Assembly (NCBI GenBank): GCA_017516825.1
Contig: JAFXBC010000043.1
Coordinates: 4,019 to 68,018, forward strand
DNA from: Clostridia bacterium
GTDB taxonomy: Bacteria > Bacillota > Clostridia > Oscillospirales > CAG-382
Length of the DNA: 64,000 nucleotides
Direction of reading: 5' to 3'
Every line of letters starts with the position of its first letter. Position 1 is the stretch's first letter. The translations under genes and the position numbers were made by a program. Below the pieces are notes generated by a model. The model was not told the DNA's origin and searched no databases. It saw only the letters and a program-made list of their open reading frames with translations. Positions 60,026 to 64,000 of the stretch are shown here, piece after piece.

Positions 60026-62512
60026 TCACTCCCGATCCTTGTACCCGATTCCGTTGTGAAGCACCAAAAGGCCGTCCTCGTCCTCCACGTAGGTATGCTC
60101 CAACGCACCGTGCCAGATCCCGGAAATATCGATAGGCTCGTACCGACGGAACAGCCCGCCGACCATGGGGAAGTACCCCTCGCCCTGGCCGCGATATGTT
60201 ACCAGCTCCCAAACGGAGGTTTTCGTGCCGCCCCAGAAATCCGTCTCAAATCGTACCACGCCCACACCGGGTGCGAACCAGTACTGCTTCTTCCCGTTGC
60301 CGTAGCCCATGCCGCCTCCGAAGCCCTCGGCGGTGTAAGTGACGTGCCTGCAGTTCTCAAACCGCCCTGCGGCCACCTCCACCGTCTCGTCCTCCAGAAC
60401 GTCCATGACGATCTTCACCTCCGGGTTCCATGCGTCGATCCCCTTTCGTTCCATGTGATAGCCGGGGACCCACTCGTCGGACCACAGCGTCCCCAGATCA
60501 TCCTCCAGCCTGTCGAACAGAAAGGAGTAAAGCAGCTTCCAGCCCTGCTCCCCGCAATCTCCCAGGCACTTCCACTCAAAGGAGTAGGAGCGGTTGTCGT
60601 TAAACTTACGCTTTTCCTTGTCCGCTTCCAGATAGCAGAAGAAGTTCCACACTCCCTGCACGGCAGTTTCGGGGTTGAAATCCGGGTTGGTGAGGAGGAT
60701 CCTCTCCATGACCTCCTTCGCCACGGCGGCGTGAGCCTTTTCACGCTCCGTCACCGCCAAAGACACAGCACGGTCGGTATACTTCCGCACGTCGATGGCC
60801 TTTTCGGTGTACCGCTCGAAATACCCGTGCCGCGCCGCAAGGCAGTTCCCGCGGAAGGTGTCGGAATATCCCACGTCCTCTGCCGCAAGGTACGCCGCCA
60901 CGGTGACGGAATCCTTGGTAGCACCGGTAACCTCCAAAACGCGTTCCACCTTCTGGATCACGTCGGGGTCGCCAACGCAACCGTATTCCCAGCGGTTGCC
61001 GGTGGCAAAGGGGAGATAACCTTCACCGCCCTTGATCTCCGCCTTGGTCAAAAACCATTCGTAGCGATTCTGCCGATTCACCTTCTGCTTGACGATGCCC
61101 ACCCCGGGAGCAAAATAGGTCTCCGCATAGGTCAGCCCGTAGTGTTCTCCCTCCAGCACCGTACAAATGCAGTTCTCAAACTTCCCTGCAGGGGTCTCCA
61201 CCGTGAAGTTTCTCCCCTTGAAGGTCATTTTGATCTTCCCGTCGGAGGCCTCCAGAACCTGGCCGTCCTCCATCTCCGGGTCAAGGATCAAGCTGTCCAC
61301 CTGACTGCAGTTCCAGAACTCCGCGCACTCCATATCGTCCCCGCGGGTGTAGCCGGGCTGGGACCAGAAATACCACTTCCCGCCGATGTTCTTGTAAAGC
61401 TCCCCGGTGGGAGTGCCGTGTACGTTGTGAGGGCTGTTCTTGGCAACCGTCTCAAAAGCAATGGCCGCCTTGGCGTTGGCGTAATACAAGTCGCCTGGCT
61501 TTGAGATCTCCATCACCTTGCGGTAGCATTCCAACGCCTTGTCCACTTCTTTTTGACCGTCCACGTAAGCATAGCCCAGCCAGAACCATTCGTAGGCCAG
61601 TGCCTCCACGAATCCGTTCTTCTCCAAAAAGGGGATCTGTTGCTCCCGCATCTGCTCCTTGCTCAGCTTATCGTTCTCATAAGCCATCACGGACTGCATC
61701 ACGTCCTCGTTGTGGCTGTCCAACGCCGCCTGCTTGATGCGGGCAAAGGTCTCGTCGTTCTTTTCTCCGGGGATCCACCAGTATCCTCGCAACAGCACGT
61801 CCGCCAAAGCGTATTGCTTCTCGGGGGATTCCTCTAAGGATTCCACGTTCTTCAAAACCATGCGGTATTCCGCCTCCACCCCGGAGCGGTCGTTTTTGAG
61901 CCCCCAGAGCTTCAGCTGTTCCACCTGGTACATCACCTTTTCCACAAAGGTCATTTCGTCCATTCGTTCGTTCATCACACCGTATTCCTTTCTAAGTAGC
62001 TTTCTTCCCTCGGAAAGCCGCCACTTCACCGTACCGATGGGGAGCCCCAGCTCCTCTGCGATCTCCTTCACGGAAAGCCCTTCAAAATAATGTAGCTCCA
62101 CCGTCTGTCGGATCTTATCGCTGAGCGTTTCCAAAGCCTCCTGCAGATCCATCTGCTGTTCCGCCCTTTCGTCGCGGAGACCCAAAGCCTCCGTATTCTC
62201 CAAAAGATGCAAGCTGATCTCTCCGCAGGTGTTCCTGTAATGGGTCACCACCGCCTTGGCGCAGTTCTTGGCGATGGCGCAGACCCAAGGGCCGAACTTC
62301 TCCCGCTCCCGCAAGCCGTCCAGCTTCATCCAGGCGGAAACGAAAGCGTCCTGGGAGGCGTCCTCCGCAGAGAATTGGTTCCCCGTCACCTTGTACGCCG
62401 TGCCCTTCACGGCCTTTTCGTAACGGCGTACCAGCTCCTCGTAGGCGTATTGCTCCCCCAAAAGGGACAGTTCCACCAGGGTGCCGTCGGATTTGTCTGT
62501 GTACTTGTTCAT
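60026..62512 (-). CDS. ECF-like sigma-70-family factor fused to a ~640-aa soluble C-terminal region with an internal beta-domain duplication
   Basis: ORF trimmed to ATG 62512, which follows GGAGGA. Region 2 (DASQDAFVSAWMKL) and region 4 (LSVKEIAEELGLPIGTVKWRLSEGRKLL). Duplicated block TVE(T/V)(P/A)AG(K/R)FENC ... (Y/W)FAPGVG(I/V)V. Confidence 0.8.
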   Translation of the reverse strand: MNKYTDKSDGTLVELSLLGEQYAYEELVRRYEKAVKGTAYKVTGNQFSAEDASQDAFVSAWMKLDGLREREKFGPWVCAIAKNCAKAVVTHYRNTCGEISLHLLENTEALGLRDERAEQQMDLQEALETLSDKIRQTVELHYFEGLSVKEIAEELGLPIGTVKWRLSEGRKLLRKEYGVMNERMDEMTFVEKVMYQVEQLKLWGLKNDRSGVEAEYRMVLKNVESLEESPEKQYALADVLLRGYWWIPGEKNDETFARIKQAALDSHNEDVMQSVMAYENDKLSKEQMREQQIPFLEKNGFVEALAYEWFWLGYAYVDGQKEVDKALECYRKVMEISKPGDLYYANAKAAIAFETVAKNSPHNVHGTPTGELYKNIGGKWYFWSQPGYTRGDDMECAEFWNCSQVDSLILDPEMEDGQVLEASDGKIKMTFKGRNFTVETPAGKFENCICTVLEGEHYGLTYAETYFAPGVGIVKQKVNRQNRYEWFLTKAEIKGGEGYLPFATGNRWEYGCVGDPDVIQKVERVLEVTGATKDSVTVAAYLAAEDVGYSDTFRGNCLAARHGYFERYTEKAIDVRKYTDRAVSLAVTEREKAHAAVAKEVMERILLTNPDFNPETAVQGVWNFFCYLEADKEKRKFNDNRSYSFEWKCLGDCGEQGWKLLYSFLFDRLEDDLGTLWSDEWVPGYHMERKGIDAWNPEVKIVMDVLEDETVEVAAGRFENCRHVTYTAEGFGGGMGYGNGKKQYWFAPGVGVVRFETDFWGGTKTSVWELVTYRGQGEGYFPMVGGLFRRYEPIDISGIWHGALEHTYVEDEDGLLVLHNGIGYKDRE

Positions 62513-62623
62513 GGCGTCCTCCGTCTTCTTTTTTGAGTACTCGACCATAAGAGGGAAAAAAGATGTCAAAAGGTTGGGTGTGTAACAAAATTTTATCATA
62601 TTTTTTTAAGAAGCGCAAGATTT

Positions 62624-62698
62624 AAGGGGGAACTTTCGAAAAAGTTCCCCCTTAAGATCCCCTTCAAACCTCAATGCCCGATCCGTTTCACGAATCGG
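62624..62698 (+). repeat. Bipartite hairpin module E5 (no plus-strand gene upstream; lies in the duplicated segment)
   Basis: Copy of E4 with a compensatory A-T to G-C change in the stem. Confidence 0.8.
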
Positions 62699-62954
62699 AA
62701 GCGTCTGCATGTCACCTCTGCGAAACCCGGTTCGTTGGACTCATCTCGCACGGAACGTAGCCACGGCTGCTTGTCACCCTGAGCAAGCGCGGAATGGAGA
62801 TGTTACGGCTGTGCACAACGGTATATCTCCGCGCGCGTCGAACTGTGGGGAGTGGCGTTAGCCCGAACCACAGGCAAAAAATGCCTCGCATTTTTTGAGG
62901 GTATAGGATGCTTTTTGATACAGCCTTTTTTCGCATATCAACTCACACACCCGC

Positions 62955-63051
62955 AAAAAACAGGCTCGGAACACACTCCAAGCCCGTTTTTTTCTTCACA
63001 ATGGGTTTCTTGAGGGGTGTGGGGAACTTCTTTTCCGAAAGAAGTTCCCCA
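62955..63051 (-). repeat. Bipartite 3'-end hairpin module E9
   Basis: Copy of E8 with a compensatory AA/TT to GG/CC change. Begins 33 nt after the spoVAE stop. Confidence 0.8.
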
Positions 63052-63084
63052 TATCGTCTCCCCACGTCGTCCCCCTCGTCCCCC

Positions 63085-63438
63085 TCACTTCTGCTTTGAC
63101 TTAAAAACCAAGCTCCAAACCAGCGCAAACAGCAGGGAAGCGGTGATCCCCGCGGAGGCCGCCGCCAGGCCCCCCGTCAAAGCCCCCAACAGCCCGTCCT
63201 TCTCCACGGCGGTGCGTACCCCCTCCGCCAGCAGATGCCCGAACCCCACCAAGGGCACGGAAGCTCCCGCCCCCGCGTATTCCTTCAAGGGCGCAAACAC
63301 ACCGAGAGCGCTTAACAGCACCCCCAGGCACACGTACCCCGTCAGGATCCGCGCAGGGGTCAGCTTGGTCTTGTCAATGAGGATCTGTGCCAAAAGGCAG
63401 AACGTACCGCCCACCCAGAAGGCGTTGAAATACGCCAT
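63085..63438 (-). CDS. spoVAE: Stage V sporulation protein AE
   Basis: ORF 63085..63609 trimmed to MAYFNAFWVGG... (ATG 63438). 117-aa polytopic protein. ATGA overlap with spoVAD. Confidence 0.85.
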   Translation of the reverse strand: MAYFNAFWVGGTFCLLAQILIDKTKLTPARILTGYVCLGVLLSALGVFAPLKEYAGAGASVPLVGFGHLLAEGVRTAVEKDGLLGALTGGLAAASAGITASLLFALVWSLVFKSKQK

Positions 63439-64000
63439 CAAACCACCTCCAGACAAACCCCGTGAGCCACCCCGGGAATGGAAAGCTTCTGCAGCGGCGT
63501 GGAGGCGTTCAACAGCGCCCCCGTCCCTACCGCCAAGATCCGTTTCAGCTCCTTTGCCTGTAACCGCTTCATAAAATACCCTCCCAATACCGTGGAAAGA
63601 CAGCCGCATCCGCTGCCTCCGCAGTGCATATCCTGCGCTTTGGCATCAAAGATCAACACCCCGCCGTCCACATGACGGGAAGCAATGTCCAGCCCGTTGC
63701 TCCGTAACAGCTCCTGGACCAGCTCCAAGCCCTCCATGCCAAGATCCCCCGTGACGATGGCGTCAAACTCCTCTTGTCTCCTGCCGCTGTGCTGAAAATA
63801 CCGCAAGATGGTGTCCGCCGCCGCGGGGGCCATAGCCGCCCCCATGTTGTTGGCGTCAGTGATCCCGCCGTCTATAATTCGCCCGATCACCCCGTCCGCC
63901 ACCCGCAGGGGAGACTTTTTCCTCGTCAGATAAAACGCCCCCGCGCCCGTCACGGTGTATTGCGCCGTGGGCGGCCGCTGACTGCCGTACTCCGGGGGAA
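63438..64000 (-). CDS. spoVAD: Stage V sporulation protein AD, 5' part outside the window
   Basis: The reading frame stays open to the window edge (..PPEYGSQRPPTAQYTVTGAGAF..). Thiolase-like C-terminal half with HCGGSGCGC. Confidence 0.85.
   Translation of the reverse strand, partial: PPEYGSQRPPTAQYTVTGAGAFYLTRKKSPLRVADGVIGRIIDGGITDANNMGAAMAPAAADTILRYFQHSGRRQEEFDAIVTGDLGMEGLELVQELLRSNGLDIASRHVDGGVLIFDAKAQDMHCGGSGCGCLSTVLGGYFMKRLQAKELKRILAVGTGALLNASTPLQKLSIPGVAHGVCLEVV

Larger units (their letters stand above)
62621..63051. repeat. ~430-bp direct repeat, copy 2 (sigma-fusion / spoVAE spacer)
   Basis: See copy 1. Confidence 0.9.

Noticed and set aside
1-64000. A search for mobile elements, prophage, CRISPR-Cas, toxin-antitoxin, restriction-modification or other defence systems, and for tRNA/rRNA genes.
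   Set aside because: I found no transposase, integrase, recombinase, Cas, reverse transcriptase, methyltransferase, nuclease-helicase or small TA-like gene pair in any frame. I found no tRNA cloverleaf or rRNA signature. The only RNA gene found is rnpB.

Overview
This is a 64-kb chromosomal window from a GC-rich, endospore-forming Clostridia-class Firmicute. The evidence is spoVAD/spoVAE, a CIRCE-like operator, a class-A RNase P RNA and dockerin-bearing secreted proteins. An Oscillospiraceae/Ruminococcaceae-like origin is inference only. I call about 45 tightly packed protein genes. Most are housekeeping: a 7-gene aromatic amino-acid operon (DAHP synthase, tyrA, aroB, aroA, aroC, pheA, aroE-aroK fusion), murQ, murD, rnpB, prfB, htpG, phoH-ybeY-era-recO, mutS2, pepF, yloV and three tandem M42 peptidases. 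Accessory content is interspersed. It includes three dockerin-carrying secreted proteins: one also has a cohesin-like module, one is a GDPD phosphodiesterase, and one has ten Cys-rich repeats. It also includes a NAGPA-type surface protein, three paralogous orphan solute-binding lipoproteins, two ECF-like sigma factors fused to large soluble C-terminal domains, and a BcrAD/BadFG double ATPase paired with a dehydratase-like protein. I found no transposase, integrase, CRISPR array, reverse transcriptase, tRNA/rRNA or recognisable defence genes. The most unusual signals are non-coding. (i) A ~430-bp direct repeat, about 92% identical by hand alignment, brackets exactly one sigma-fusion gene. (ii) A conserved bipartite hairpin module occurs 9 times. 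Eight copies lie 7-34 nt after a stop codon and are co-oriented with that gene. (iii) A second GC-rich hairpin family lies in two long gene-free spacers. All protein-family calls are motif recognition by eye, not HMM or BLAST results. Coordinates of small elements were counted by hand.
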